From: an uncultured Deinococcales bacterium
Lineage (GTDB): Bacteria; Deinococcota; Deinococci; Deinococcales; JAAFIG01
Direction of reading: 5' to 3'
Assembly: GCA_964244895.1 (NCBI GenBank)
Contig: CAXTKV010000008.1
Span: forward strand, 9,072-53,185
DNA length: 44,114 nucleotides
Shown here: in pieces, positions 9,660 to 20,119 of the stretch
Position numbering within the stretch: position 1 is the stretch's first letter
Layout of the letters: the number at the start of each line of letters is the position of its first letter
Position numbers and translations under genes: made by a program
The notes under the pieces: generated by a model
What the model was told of the DNA's origin: nothing
The model's input: only the letters and a program-made list of their open reading frames with translations
The model's database searches: none

Positions 9660-10327
9660 GCGCGGATTCTAATGTTTCGAGCCTCAGGCGCGCTTGAAAC
9701 GGGTGTCATCGAAACCCGACCCGAGAAGATCGTCCTGAACGCGTTTTCCAGTGATCAATTTTTGCCGTGCTGGACGGTGCTTCTTCGCGCCGCACCTCGA
9801 GCCTTCTCGTTGAGCAGATCGATTCTCGAGGCAAATCCAGTCCACGAACCCGAACATCTGTCACAATTTGGTCGCAAAAGCGCCATTCGTTTGTCACGGG
9901 TATCACCTAGATTGAGCCAATAAATATCACGCTGATTACCCAGTCGAAGGGATTTCGAATCGTGTCTTTGCGCAAATACGAGTCGTTTTATTCGGAATAG
10001 ACAATGTTCTGGATGCACCACCGGAAGAGAATGCGTGCTTTGATGCTCCCGGCGCGTCGGCGGGATCACTGCTGACCAGCCACAATCGCGCGAGGAACGG
10101 GTGATCGATCTACCGCTGGACGCTCGATTCTGCGGCGTTTCGCGGGACGCGTTCTGTCAGACAAAAACCGGGTCATCCGCCGGAAGCCTCGAGCCTGAGG
10201 CGTCTCGAGCGGGAACGATCAACCAGAAGACCGTCCAGGACGCGATATTGAAGATCAAAAAAGGGCCATCGGGGCGCAAAGCCAGCTCGACTTGCCCCAT
10301 CACGCGGCAGCACGCCGAGGAGGATTC

Positions 10328-12052
10328 ATGCGAAAAACACTGGTTCCCATCGCGCTCGTCGGTCTGGGCCTGGGGCTCGCGCTGGCGGTCACACCGAAGA
10401 ACACGTACGTCGAAATTCTTCAGGACGTGCCCGGAACCCTGGACCCCAGCCAGGCCTACGACACGGGTTCGGGACAGTTCACGGAAAACGTCTACGAGCA
10501 ACTGCTGGGCTACAAGGGCGCCGACCTGAAGGTGCTCGTGCCGCTCCTGGCGACCGAGTACAAGCCCTCAGACGGCGGAAAGACCTGGACGTTCACGCTG
10601 CGCAAGAACGTCAAATTTCAGAACGGTGACGCGTTTACCTGCGACGACGCGGAATACACCTTTCGCCGCTCGGTGATCGTCAACAACCCGAACTCGTGGG
10701 GTGGCGTGGTGCTGGGCACGACCATGTTCGGCACGCCGGACAACGCCAAGGACGATCCCTCGATCAGCTGGGATCGGATCGAAAAAGCGATCTCGTGCAA
10801 CGCCAGCGGACAACTCGTGTTCAAGCTGGCCACGCCGGACGCGTCCTGGCCCTACAAGATGGCGTTCACCTCGGCGGGCATCATCGACAGGAAATACGCC
10901 TCTGCGGGCGGCGAGTGGAGCGGCACCGAAAAGGACTGGAAAGCCTGGATCGGCAAGGATTTGCAGGAAGCCAACGGCTTTCTGAACCAGAACATGATGG
11001 GTTCGGGGCCGTACCAGCTGGTCTCCAAGGGTCAGAACCAGTACGTCTTCAAAGCTTTCGAGGGCTACTGGGCGGGCAAGCCGAAGCTGGAGAACGTGAT
11101 CCTTCAGGTCGTGCCCGAAGAGGCCACGCGCGTCCTGGCGCTCCAGAAGGGCGACGCGGATTCGACCGGCGGAACCCTCTCGAGGCCCACGCTCAAGCAA
11201 CTCGAGGGCGTGGCGGGCGTCAAGGTCATCGATGACCTGCCGAACCTGGCGCAGAGCGTGATCTTCATGAACCAGAACATCAAGGACCCCGCCGTGCTGG
11301 GCGGTGGCAAGCTCGATGAAAAAGGCATGCCCGCCAATTTCTTCGGCGACATCGACGTGCGCCGGGCGTTCAGCGCGACCTACGACTACGACCGCCACAT
11401 CAAGGAAATCCTGCTGGGCAAGGGCAAACGCCGCACGATGGCCTTACCGGAGAGCTTCCTGGGTTACGACGCGTCCATCCCGATGCCCAGCTTCAACCTC
11501 GAGAAATCGAAGGCGCTCTTCAAGAAGGCTTGGGGCGGCAAGCTCTGGGATGCGGGCTTCACGCTGGTGATCAAGTACAACCAGGGCAACACCACCCGCA
11601 AGCGCGTGGCGGAACTGCTGAAGCAGAACGTCGAGGCGATCAACCCGAAGTTCCACGTGGACGTGCAGGTCATCCCGTTCGCGCAGTTCACGCAGGATCA
11701 GCAGGCCAGCAAGCTGGCCATGTCGGTCGGGGGTTGGGCTCCGGATTACCCGGACGCCGACGATTACATCCCGATCTTCTACGGCAGCGCCAGGGTCGGC
11801 GGCTACTACGCGCCCGCCACCAACTTCGAGAACAAGACGATCGACAGCGCCATTCAGCAGGCGCGCCAGACGACCAACCCTGCCAAGCGCGAATCCTTGT
11901 ACAAGCTGATCGGTCGGATCGCTGCGGATCAGGTTCCGGTGATCGTGCTGCCGACCGGGATCAACTTCTTGACCGTGCGGGACGACCTGAAGGGTTACTA
12001 CTACAACAACGCCGTCAGCGGGATTTACCTCTGGAAGGATCTTTCCAAGTAA
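10328..12052 (+). CDS. Peptide/nickel ABC transporter substrate-binding protein (family 5)
   Basis: ATG after GAGGAGG; signal peptide; TLDPSQAYD, PLLATEY..SDGGKTWTFTLRKNVKFQNG, GSGPY, WAPDYPDADDY. Confidence 0.92.
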   Translation: MRKTLVPIALVGLGLGLALAVTPKNTYVEILQDVPGTLDPSQAYDTGSGQFTENVYEQLLGYKGADLKVLVPLLATEYKPSDGGKTWTFTLRKNVKFQNGDAFTCDDAEYTFRRSVIVNNPNSWGGVVLGTTMFGTPDNAKDDPSISWDRIEKAISCNASGQLVFKLATPDASWPYKMAFTSAGIIDRKYASAGGEWSGTEKDWKAWIGKDLQEANGFLNQNMMGSGPYQLVSKGQNQYVFKAFEGYWAGKPKLENVILQVVPEEATRVLALQKGDADSTGGTLSRPTLKQLEGVAGVKVIDDLPNLAQSVIFMNQNIKDPAVLGGGKLDEKGMPANFFGDIDVRRAFSATYDYDRHIKEILLGKGKRRTMALPESFLGYDASIPMPSFNLEKSKALFKKAWGGKLWDAGFTLVIKYNQGNTTRKRVAELLKQNVEAINPKFHVDVQVIPFAQFTQDQQASKLAMSVGGWAPDYPDADDYIPIFYGSARVGGYYAPATNFENKTIDSAIQQARQTTNPAKRESLYKLIGRIAADQVPVIVLPTGINFLTVRDDLKGYYYNNAVSGIYLWKDLSK

Positions 12053-12083
12053 TCCGGCCCGAGGCGCAGGTTCTGGAGGCTGG

Positions 12084-12152
12084 GCTCGAGACGTGATGCA
12101 CCGATCGCTCGAGACGTGATGCACCGATCGCTCGAGACGTGACGTGCCAATC
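12084..12152. repeat. Tandem repeat, 23-bp unit x3, each with CTCGAG
   Basis: GCTCGAGACGTGATGCACCGATC at 12084 and 12107, degenerate copy at 12130. Confidence 0.9.
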
Positions 12153-12248
12153 GCTCGCGTCTCGAGCCCGCAGGTTCCCGGATGAAAACACCGTCTCAGA
12201 CGGATGCTACCCAATAAACACCGTCCAGGACGCGAGAAAAGAGGCCAC

Positions 12249-13277
12249 GTGCTGACCTTCATCTTCAGACGAATGATCGCGCTGCCGTTCGTGATGCTGG
12301 CCGTCACGGCCCTGATCGTGTTGTTGATGCAGTTCCTTTCTCCGGCGCAACGCGCCAGTTCCTTCGTGCGCAGCGACCAGCAACTGCAGAACGTGGACGC
12401 CGTGATCCGGCAGTACGGTCTGGACAGGCCGTTCTACGTGCAGTACTGGAGCTGGCTCCAGAACGCCTTCCAGGGCAACCTGGGGTTCTCTCGGGCCTCG
12501 CGCCAGCCGGTCTTGCAGACGCTCCAGGAACGCTTCCCGGCCACGGCTGAACTGGCCCTGTACGCCTGCTTGCCGATCATCGGGATCGGCATCTGGCTGG
12601 GTACGATCGCGGGCTTGAACCGCGATAAATTCGTGGATCAGATGGCGCGCGTGATCGCGGTGCTGGGCTTTTCCCTGCCGACCTTCGTGCTGGGCATCTG
12701 GTTGCTGATGCTGTTCTACGGCGGGTTGGGCATCCTGCCGGGCTTCGGGCAGTTATCTCAGGAAAGCACCCTTCAGACCGCGATCGCACCGTTGCGGCAT
12801 TACACGGGTTTCCTGACGCTGGACACGCTCCTGAACGGGCGCTTCGGGCTGTTCCTGGACGCCGTGCGCCACCTGATCCTGCCCGTGCTGACGCTGACCA
12901 CGATCTCGAGCGCGGTGATTTTGAAGGTCATGCGCTCGAGCCTGCTGGAAGTCCTGCAGCAGGATTACGTCCGCACCGCGCGCGCCAAGGGCCTGCCGGA
13001 GCGCGTGGTCAACCTCAAGCATGCGCGCCGCAATGCGCTCCTGTCCGTGGCGACCATCGCGGGTCTGACGGTCGCGGGTTTGCTGACGGGCGCGATCATC
13101 ACCGAAACGATCTTCGCGTACCCCGGCATCGGCTCGTGGGGCGCGCAGGCGGCGGTGCAACTCGATTACCCCGGCGTGCTGGGCTTCGCGATTTTCACGG
13201 CCTTCCTGGTGGTGCTGGCGAACCTGGTGGTGGATTTGCTGTACGGATTCATCGACCCGCGCGTGAGGTTCGACTGA
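12249..13277 (+). CDS. Peptide ABC transporter permease (OppB/DppB-like)
   Basis: [49 protein letters not shown]. Confidence 0.92.
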   Translation: MLTFIFRRMIALPFVMLAVTALIVLLMQFLSPAQRASSFVRSDQQLQNVDAVIRQYGLDRPFYVQYWSWLQNAFQGNLGFSRASRQPVLQTLQERFPATAELALYACLPIIGIGIWLGTIAGLNRDKFVDQMARVIAVLGFSLPTFVLGIWLLMLFYGGLGILPGFGQLSQESTLQTAIAPLRHYTGFLTLDTLLNGRFGLFLDAVRHLILPVLTLTTISSAVILKVMRSSLLEVLQQDYVRTARAKGLPERVVNLKHARRNALLSVATIAGLTVAGLLTGAIITETIFAYPGIGSWGAQAAVQLDYPGVLGFAIFTAFLVVLANLVVDLLYGFIDPRVRFD

Positions 13278-13530
13278 TGCGAGAGGTTTCGGTTTTCGAG
13301 AACACCGTCCAGGATGCGAGAAGTTGTGCCCCGAGAAACGCCGTCCAGAACGGTGTTCTTGAAATTGAGCATCGAATCTGGCCTGAAGGCGAAGACCGTC
13401 CCTGGCGCGAGGTCGAACGCGTCGCGCGTCGAACCCCGTTCTCATGGGCGAAACGCGCGCCTGGACGCGCCGTTCGCTCCTACAAAAATCGTGCGGTTCT
13501 CGAGCATCGCGTACCCCAGAGGATGACCTG

Positions 13531-14541
13531 ATGGCGGCCAGCATCCTGTCCAGCCCGCCGCAAACCGGGCGCGATTCGTGGTGGGATTCGCGCGTGATCA
13601 GGCGCTTCCGGCGCAACACGCTGGCCGTGATCGGGCTGGTGATCGTGCTGGCGTTCGGATTGATGGCGGCCTTCGCGCCCTTGCTCGCGCCCCCCGAGCA
13701 GTCCTGCCTGCGCGACCTCGGCGCGAGCGAATCGGGCAGCGTCTACAACCTCGCGAGTGGCACGTTCTGGCGCGCCATCTTCCGACCGCCCGCGACCTGC
13801 TTCGTCATGCCGCGATTGAGTTTCTCGCCGATTCCGACGCCGCCCGGTCAGGACGGGCGCGCGCTGGGAACGTCCAACGGCTACGACACGCGCTACGGCC
13901 TGGTCTGGGGCGCGCGCACGGCCTTCTACCTGGGGTTCCTGGTGATCGCCGCGACGCTGGTGATCGGCGTGTTGGTCGGCAGCATCGCCGGGTATTTCGG
14001 CGGCTGGATCGACAACGTGTTCATGCGCTTCACCGACATCGTGTTCGCGTTTCCGGGGTTGGTTTTGACCATCGTGCTGATCGCCATTTTTGGTCAGAGT
14101 CTGAACAACATCGTGCTGTCGTTGGTGCTGGTCGGCTGGGTGATTTACGCGCGGTTGGTGCGGGCTGAAATCCTGAGAATCCGGCAGCTCGAGTACGTCG
14201 AGGGCGCTCGGGCGTTGGGCGCGAGGGACGCCTGGATCATCTTCCGGCACGTCCTGCCGAACGCGCTGACGCCGTTGACGGTGCAGGTCACGCTCGACAT
14301 GGGCGGCATCGTGCTCTCGGCGGCGGCGTTGTCATTTCTGGGGTTGGGCACGCCGGTCGGCTACAGCGATTGGGGGCAGTTGATCAACTTCGCGCGCGGT
14401 TTCTTGCAGGGCTCACCGGGAAATCCGTTCGAGTACTGGTACGTGTCTTTTTTTCCTGGATTGGTGCTGATCCTGTGGGGTTTGTCTTGGAATCTGTTGG
14501 GGGACGCCGTGCGCGACGCGCTCGATCCGAGGAGTCGGTGA
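13531..14541 (+). CDS. Peptide ABC transporter permease (OppC/DppC-like)
   Basis: MRFTDIVFAFP, EYVEGARALGA, RHVLPN, AALSFLGLG, DAVRDALDPR. Confidence 0.92.
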   Translation: MAASILSSPPQTGRDSWWDSRVIRRFRRNTLAVIGLVIVLAFGLMAAFAPLLAPPEQSCLRDLGASESGSVYNLASGTFWRAIFRPPATCFVMPRLSFSPIPTPPGQDGRALGTSNGYDTRYGLVWGARTAFYLGFLVIAATLVIGVLVGSIAGYFGGWIDNVFMRFTDIVFAFPGLVLTIVLIAIFGQSLNNIVLSLVLVGWVIYARLVRAEILRIRQLEYVEGARALGARDAWIIFRHVLPNALTPLTVQVTLDMGGIVLSAAALSFLGLGTPVGYSDWGQLINFARGFLQGSPGNPFEYWYVSFFPGLVLILWGLSWNLLGDAVRDALDPRSR

Positions 14542-14674
14542 GGTGGCCAGCCCTCAGTCAGAGAGAGGGGAGATGAAGACCGTCGGGAGCGGTGTTTTTG
14601 CGTCTTCAAGAAAGCGCGTCCAGGGCGGTGCTCTCGAGCCTGGAGATTTGAATTCGGCGCGGGCGAGGGAGGCG

Positions 14675-15110
14675 ATGCTCCTTTCGGAACTGCTCGATTG
14701 CCTGACGTGCGCCGGAGCTTGCGCGCCTGAATCCCTGAACGGCGCGCCCAGGGCGGAACGCTTTTCTCGGGCGTTCGGGATGGATGAACGGGACGATCTG
14801 GTCGGCTCGCTCGTCTCGAGCGCGCTGGGAAGGCTCGAGGCGACCCGCTGGTACGCGCGCGACGCGCTCGAGGTGCTGGTGGATTTGTGCGCCGTGGAAT
14901 CCGGCAACCTGATTGCGGCTTGGCGCCCGGAACTCGAGGTCTCGCTGGAAGGCGCGATTCAGCGCGATCATCGGCTTCATCACCGACGCGCTGCACTCGC
15001 CGCACGAGAGCCGATTGCTGATGGCGCTCCTGCGGGTTCACGACCGCGCGGCTCCGTCCAGACCGATCCGCTGGTGGATACCGCGCACGCTCGCCTGGTC
15101 AAAGGAGGAA
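14675..15110 (+). pseudogene. Possible frameshifted hypothetical gene upstream of the DinB gene
   Basis: ATG after GAGGGAGG gives MLLSELLDCLTCAGAC...; protein-like sequence appears to switch frame near 14960. Confidence 0.3.
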
Positions 15111-15113
15111 CGC

Positions 15114-15584
15114 ATGGACGCACCCGAGATTTCCAGCCCGATCATCACCGACGCGATCCTGGCCGCGCTCGAGATGGCCTTCCGGGGCGACGAAACCCAG
15201 CACGGCTGGTACAACGGTCTGCTGGCCTCGCTGGACGGTGTGACGGCCCTGCAAGCCTCCAGAACCCCCGCGCCGGGTCGCACCAGCGTCGCGGCGCACG
15301 CCGAACACGTCCGGTTCACGCTGCGCGTCGTCAGCGCCTGGGGTCGCAATGAGCAACCCCAGGTGGATTGGGCGGACAGTTGGGCGACTTTCAGCCTGAC
15401 CGAAAGCGAATGGGATGCCCTGCGTTCCGGCATCCGCCACGAGTTCGAGGCGATGCTGACCGCCGTGCGGGCGCGCACCGCCTGGAGCGAGCGGGGCCTG
15501 CAAATCGTCATCCATAACATCGCGCACACCGCCTACCACGCGGGCGCGATCCGTCAGATCCTCAAGCTCGAGCGCACCGTCTGA
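15114..15584 (+). CDS. DinB family protein
   Basis: ATG after AAAGGAGG; SVAAHAEHV and IAHTAYHAGAIRQI His motifs. Confidence 0.85.
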   Translation: MDAPEISSPIITDAILAALEMAFRGDETQHGWYNGLLASLDGVTALQASRTPAPGRTSVAAHAEHVRFTLRVVSAWGRNEQPQVDWADSWATFSLTESEWDALRSGIRHEFEAMLTAVRARTAWSERGLQIVIHNIAHTAYHAGAIRQILKLERTV

Positions 15585-15648
15585 GGCGCGCTTCTCGAGA
15601 ACGCGCGCTGGACGGTGCACATTCTTTAGAAGCCGACCTGGGTGCGCC

Positions 15649-16398
15649 TTAAAACGACCCGTTTTCCCGCAGGAAGCCCAGCAGCGCGCGGTTGAAGGCC
15701 TCGGGTCGTTCCAGGTTGGAGAGGTGGCCCGCGTTCGGGATGACCTCGAGCCGCGCGTCGGGAATCGCATCGGCCATCAGCACGGATTCAGCCAGCGGCG
15801 TGAGGGCATCGGCGGAACCGACCAGCACCAGCGTCGGCACGCGCACGCCCGACAGCAGTGGCCTGGAATCGGGTCGCGCCGCCATCGCGCGCTGCGCCCC
15901 CGCCACGCCGGGCGCGGACGCCCGAGCGATCAGGCCGCGCACGGTGTTCTTCACGGCGTCGCTGGCGCTGGTCGCGACCAGGTTGGGCAGCATCGCGTCC
16001 GCGATCCAGCCCGTGCCCTCGCGCTCGACGCGTTCGGCGGCCTCGAGGCGTTTGTGGGCGGCTTCGGGCGCGTCGGCTCCGGCGCGCGTGTCGCACAGCA
16101 CCAGCCCCGCGATCCGTTCCGGCGCGCGCTCGAGCAACCGCAAGGCCGCGTACCCGCCCATCGAAAGCCCGACGATCACCGCGCGGTCGCGACCCGCCTC
16201 GTCCAGCGCGGTGATGGCGATGTCAGCGAACGCCTCGAGCGTGTGCTCGCCGCGCTGGGGCGCAATCCCGAAGCCCGGAAAATCTGGCGCAATCACCGGC
16301 CAGCCCGCGCCGCGCACGGCCTCGAGTTGGGCGTCCCACATGGACGCATTGAGCGGGTAAGCGTGCAGGAACATCGCGGGAACGCGTTCGTGGCTCAT
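15649..16398 (-). CDS. Alpha/beta-fold hydrolase (PcaD-like)
   Basis: LHAYPLNASMW, PDFPGFG, GLSMGG nucleophile elbow, AGHLSNLE. Confidence 0.9.
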   Translation of the reverse strand: MSHERVPAMFLHAYPLNASMWDAQLEAVRGAGWPVIAPDFPGFGIAPQRGEHTLEAFADIAITALDEAGRDRAVIVGLSMGGYAALRLLERAPERIAGLVLCDTRAGADAPEAAHKRLEAAERVEREGTGWIADAMLPNLVATSASDAVKNTVRGLIARASAPGVAGAQRAMAARPDSRPLLSGVRVPTLVLVGSADALTPLAESVLMADAIPDARLEVIPNAGHLSNLERPEAFNRALLGFLRENGSF

Positions 16399-16426
16399 GC
16401 CAAAAAGATACCCGTCATCGATGAGA

Positions 16427-16470
16427 ACACCGTCCAGCACGCGTGCTTCAATCCGCGTGCTGGACGGTGT
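16427..16470. repeat. Paired inverted copy of the dispersed repeat
   Basis: ACACCGTCCAGCACGCG-N10-CGCGTGCTGGACGGTGT. Confidence 0.9.
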
Positions 16471-16477
16471 GCCGGGT

Positions 16478-17233
16478 TTACAGCCAGCCGCGTTCGCGCA
16501 AGAAACCCACGCTGGTCGCCACGCTTTCCAGCGCGTCCCCGGCGCTGAAATCCTGCTCGAGCACGAACCATTCCACGCCCGCCGCCGCGCCCGCCTCGAG
16601 GGAGGCCTGGACGGGAACCTCGCCGCGATCCAGTTCCACGGTATCCCAACCCGAAGCCTTGCGGCGCACGTCCTTGACGTGCAAAAGCGGCAAACGACCC
16701 GCGTACTTCCTGACGTAATCCGCGCTGGTCACGCCGCCCGCGTGCGCCCAGGCGATGTCCAACTCGACCTGCGCGTCCGGCACGGCGGCGAACAGCGCGT
16801 CGAAGGCGCTCGTCTGACCGACGCTGCGCTCGAACTCGAAAACGTGATTGTGGTAGGCCAGCTTCAAGCCCGCCGCCTGGACGCGCCCAGCGATGCCCTC
16901 GAGCGAGGCGAAGACGGCTTTCCAGGCGGTCTCGTCGGCGTAGCGCGATTCCGGCAACCACGGGCAGACGATGTACTTCGAGCCGACCGCGCCCGCGAAC
17001 TCGATCTGGGCGTCCAGATCGGTCTCCAGTTTTTCGATGCCGATGTGCAAACCCGCCACCTGAAGGTTCAGCCCATCCAGGAACGCCCTGAGCGCGCTCG
17101 CGTCGCGCCCACCGTAATTCCCGGCGAGCTCCACGCCGTGAAATCCGAGCTTTGAAACGGCTTCCAGCGTGCCATCGAAATCCTGCTTGAGACGGTCGCG
17201 GACGGTGTAGAGCTGCAATCCAATGTTGGCCAT
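16478..17233 (-). CDS. Sugar phosphate isomerase/epimerase (xylose isomerase-like TIM barrel)
   Basis: IGLQLYTVRD, YHNHVFEF, ELDIAW, LLHVKD, VLEQD. Confidence 0.9.
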   Translation of the reverse strand: MANIGLQLYTVRDRLKQDFDGTLEAVSKLGFHGVELAGNYGGRDASALRAFLDGLNLQVAGLHIGIEKLETDLDAQIEFAGAVGSKYIVCPWLPESRYADETAWKAVFASLEGIAGRVQAAGLKLAYHNHVFEFERSVGQTSAFDALFAAVPDAQVELDIAWAHAGGVTSADYVRKYAGRLPLLHVKDVRRKASGWDTVELDRGEVPVQASLEAGAAAGVEWFVLEQDFSAGDALESVATSVGFLRERGWL

Positions 17234-17519
17234 GCTCCAGTCTAACGCCAAAGGGGCAACCCCGACGACCGATTCTGCGATGAAAACATGCTCCTGGACG
17301 GCGTTCTTGCGCGTTGGGCGCGAGGCATCTCGACCCAGCCTCGAGGCCCGAGCGCCCGTGCCAGAAATAGCCACCCGAACGCCCCAATTTGCATTACGAT
17401 AATTCACACAACCTGTGCAGCACGAAGAAAAAGGCCGATTTGAAGAGCTAAAAATTCTCGAGTTTCAGCACCGGATCGCAATACTGAAGCCGACCCCACC
17501 AGCGCAAAGACTGACAACC

Positions 17520-19865
17520 ATGACCGATCACCGTTTCAAATCCGGCACCATAGGCGTCCTTCTGGATGTCGTCGGTGATTACTACACCCCGATCCTGAAC
17601 GGTATCCGCAGTCAGGCCGAAGCCGCAGGCTTGAGCGTGCTGATCTTCGTCGGGCGGCAACTCAACCCGGTTCAACTCCACGATGCGCCCGCCAACGACA
17701 CCTACCGCCTGATTCCACAAGACCTGATCGGACTGGTCGCGTTCACCAGCGCCATCGGGCATCACGTGACCGATGAGCACATACGGGCTTTCCTCGATGG
17801 TTTCGCACCGTTGCCGATCGTCGGCATCGCGCGGGATTTACCGGGCGTTCCAGCCATTCTGGTGGACAACACCTCCGGGATGCGAGAACTCGTGACGCAC
17901 CTGGTGGTCGAACGCGGTTACCGCCGCCTGGCCTTCGTGCGCGGCACGGACGGCAGCCCCGAAAGCCTGGAGCGCGAACAGGCCTTCTGCGACGTATTGC
18001 GCGCCCACGGCATTCGTGTTCGCCCGGAACTGATGATCACCGGAGATTTCTGGCACATTCCCGCGTACAACGCCACCGTTCAATTGCTCGACCAGGGGCA
18101 CACCTTCGATGCGATCGTGTCGGCCAACGACGAGATGGTCAACGGCATCACCCGCGCCCTTCAAGAACGCAACCTGCACGTCCCGGACGACGTGGCCGTA
18201 ACGGGTTTCGATGATTTGCAGCAGAGTCAGTTCACCTCGCCGCCGTTGACGACCGTGCGCCAGCCGTTGTTCGATCAGGGTGCGGAGGCCGTCAGGCTGC
18301 TGCTGCGCCGCGCCAACCGCGAAGACGTGAGCTCCGTGCGCCTGCCGACCCGGTTGGTGGTTCGCGCATCGTGCGGATCGGAAGTCTTTCCCAATCTGAA
18401 AAGCCTTCCGGCGTCCGGCGCATCGGACGCATCCGAAACCAACGCAGATGTTCAACGCGCCGCCTTCGCCCGAGCCACCGCGCCGCTCGAGATCCTGAGC
18501 GACCAGCAATCCGCCCAGTTGTTCGACGCCATCGTGCAGGACGCGCTCAGTCCGGGCGGCGGTCGGGCGTTCCTGCCGATGTGGCGCACCATGATGCGGC
18601 GCGTCGCGCGCAAGGAACCGTGGGTGAGCATGCTCGAGCAACTGCGGGATTGCGCGCTGAAATGCCTGAGTGAGCGCAGCGCCATCGAGCACCTGCTGGC
18701 CACCTGGGGACAGGCGCGGATCGTGCTGGACGAATTCTCGCTGATCGAACACACCAGACGCGTGCTCGGGGAACAATACGATTTTGACGGCCTGCGCCAG
18801 CTCGAGCGCACGCTGATGGTCGCCTCCGACCTGTCGGAACTGCTGGCCTGCATCCCGCCCCAGCTCGCCCGGTTGGGCATCAGTCGCTGCTTCGTGGGGC
18901 TCTACTCGAGCTTCGAGGCGCACGCCGCCCAGACCGCGCAGATCGTGCTGGCGCACGACCGCGATCAACCGATCCAACCCGACGAAAGCGTATTCCCATC
19001 CAGGGAACTGCTGCCCGCGTCGATGCGATCACAGTTGCGGCGCGGCGCGATGTTCATTCACCCGTTGTTCACCGCCGACGTGCACTACGGTTACATCCTG
19101 ACCGACGCCACCGGCGACGCGCACCGCAACCACGAAGCCCTGCGCACCCTGATCAGCGACAGCCTGCACAACATGACCCAGACGACCGCCCTCAAAAGTT
19201 ACGCCGCGTCCCTGGAAGGTCGCATCCGGCAACGCACCGAAGAACTCGAGAACACCAACAATTTGCTCAAAGACGAGATCATCCAGCGCCGAACCGCCGA
19301 AGTCTCGTTGCTCGAGGCCAACAATCAGTTGCGCCAGATGACGCTGACCGACGGCCTGACCGGCGTCAACAACCGTTCCGCCTTCGACGAGTACCTGGAG
19401 CGCCAGTGGGGTCACCACCACCGCCACCAGCGCCCCCTGAGCTTGTTGATGTGCGACATCGATTACTTCAAACGCTTCAACGATTCTTACGGTCACGTGC
19501 AAGGTGACGAATGCCTGCGGGCTGTCGCCAGGGCATTGCAGGCCGGAGCCAGCCGCTCCGGGGACATGGTCGCACGCTACGGCGGCGAGGAATTCGCGAT
19601 CATCCTGATCGAAACCGACGCTGCCGGTGCAGACCGGGTCGCCGTCAGGTTGCACGAGATCATCAACCGACTGGGCATTCCGCACGCCGCATCCGACGTG
19701 GCCGCGACCGTCACGCTCAGCATCGGCGTCAGCACGATCGTTCCGAACGTCACGTACACGACCAAGACCTTGATTGAAGCTGCAGATCGCGCCCTGTACC
19801 GCGCCAAGAACGCTGGGCGCAACCAGTTCGTGCGGGGTCACGTTTCCACCAACCAGATCAGTTGA
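17520..19865 (+). CDS. Diguanylate cyclase with N-terminal LacI-type ligand-binding domain (no HTH)
   Basis: VDNTSGM, SANDEM, VPDDVAVTGFDD, PPLTTVRQP; TDGLTGVNNR, DIDYFKRFNDSYGH, RSGD I-site, RYGGEEF. Confidence 0.9.
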   Translation: MTDHRFKSGTIGVLLDVVGDYYTPILNGIRSQAEAAGLSVLIFVGRQLNPVQLHDAPANDTYRLIPQDLIGLVAFTSAIGHHVTDEHIRAFLDGFAPLPIVGIARDLPGVPAILVDNTSGMRELVTHLVVERGYRRLAFVRGTDGSPESLEREQAFCDVLRAHGIRVRPELMITGDFWHIPAYNATVQLLDQGHTFDAIVSANDEMVNGITRALQERNLHVPDDVAVTGFDDLQQSQFTSPPLTTVRQPLFDQGAEAVRLLLRRANREDVSSVRLPTRLVVRASCGSEVFPNLKSLPASGASDASETNADVQRAAFARATAPLEILSDQQSAQLFDAIVQDALSPGGGRAFLPMWRTMMRRVARKEPWVSMLEQLRDCALKCLSERSAIEHLLATWGQARIVLDEFSLIEHTRRVLGEQYDFDGLRQLERTLMVASDLSELLACIPPQLARLGISRCFVGLYSSFEAHAAQTAQIVLAHDRDQPIQPDESVFPSRELLPASMRSQLRRGAMFIHPLFTADVHYGYILTDATGDAHRNHEALRTLISDSLHNMTQTTALKSYAASLEGRIRQRTEELENTNNLLKDEIIQRRTAEVSLLEANNQLRQMTLTDGLTGVNNRSAFDEYLERQWGHHHRHQRPLSLLMCDIDYFKRFNDSYGHVQGDECLRAVARALQAGASRSGDMVARYGGEEFAIILIETDAAGADRVAVRLHEIINRLGIPHAASDVAATVTLSIGVSTIVPNVTYTTKTLIEAADRALYRAKNAGRNQFVRGHVSTNQIS

Positions 19866-19938
19866 TGGTGCCGCGCCAGCGCTGGATGAACTCGAGAACC
19901 GTCACACACGCATTCGATGCTCGCGCTACGGACAGCAT

Positions 19939-20000
19939 CTTCTCGATCCCAAGACGCACCTGCCGGGCGAAATCGCTTCTTGATCCCAAAACGCACCTCA
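19939..20000. repeat. Second locus of the 37-bp repeat seen at 1-108 (~1.6 diverged copies)
   Basis: GATCCCAAGACGCACCTGCCGGGCGAAATCGCTTCTTGATCCCAAAACGCACCTCA. Confidence 0.85.
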
Positions 20001-20003
20001 TTC

Positions 20004-20030
20004 GTCATCAGCCGAAGGCGGGCTGATGGC
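20004..20030. terminator. Hairpin between convergent genes, possible terminator
   Basis: GTCATCAGCC-N7-GGCTGATGGC; no U-tract. Confidence 0.35.
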
Positions 20031-20063
20031 ACCTCATCTATAAAATAGGGGAGGACTGAATTC

Positions 20064-20115
20064 AAGAACACCGTCCAGCACGCATATTTAATGGCGCGTG
20101 CCGGACGGTGCTCTT
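20064..20115. repeat. Paired inverted copy of the dispersed repeat
   Basis: AAGAACACCGTCCAGCACGC...GCGTGCCGGACGGTGCTCTT. Confidence 0.85.
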
Positions 20116-20119
20116 GCCC

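Noticed and set aside
10255..10320. c-di-GMP-I riboswitch (GGCGCAAAGCC resembles the GGACGCAAAGCC core)
   Set aside because: The upstream GCAAA-stem-GAAA hairpin and P1 pairing are not evident; an Rfam scan would settle it
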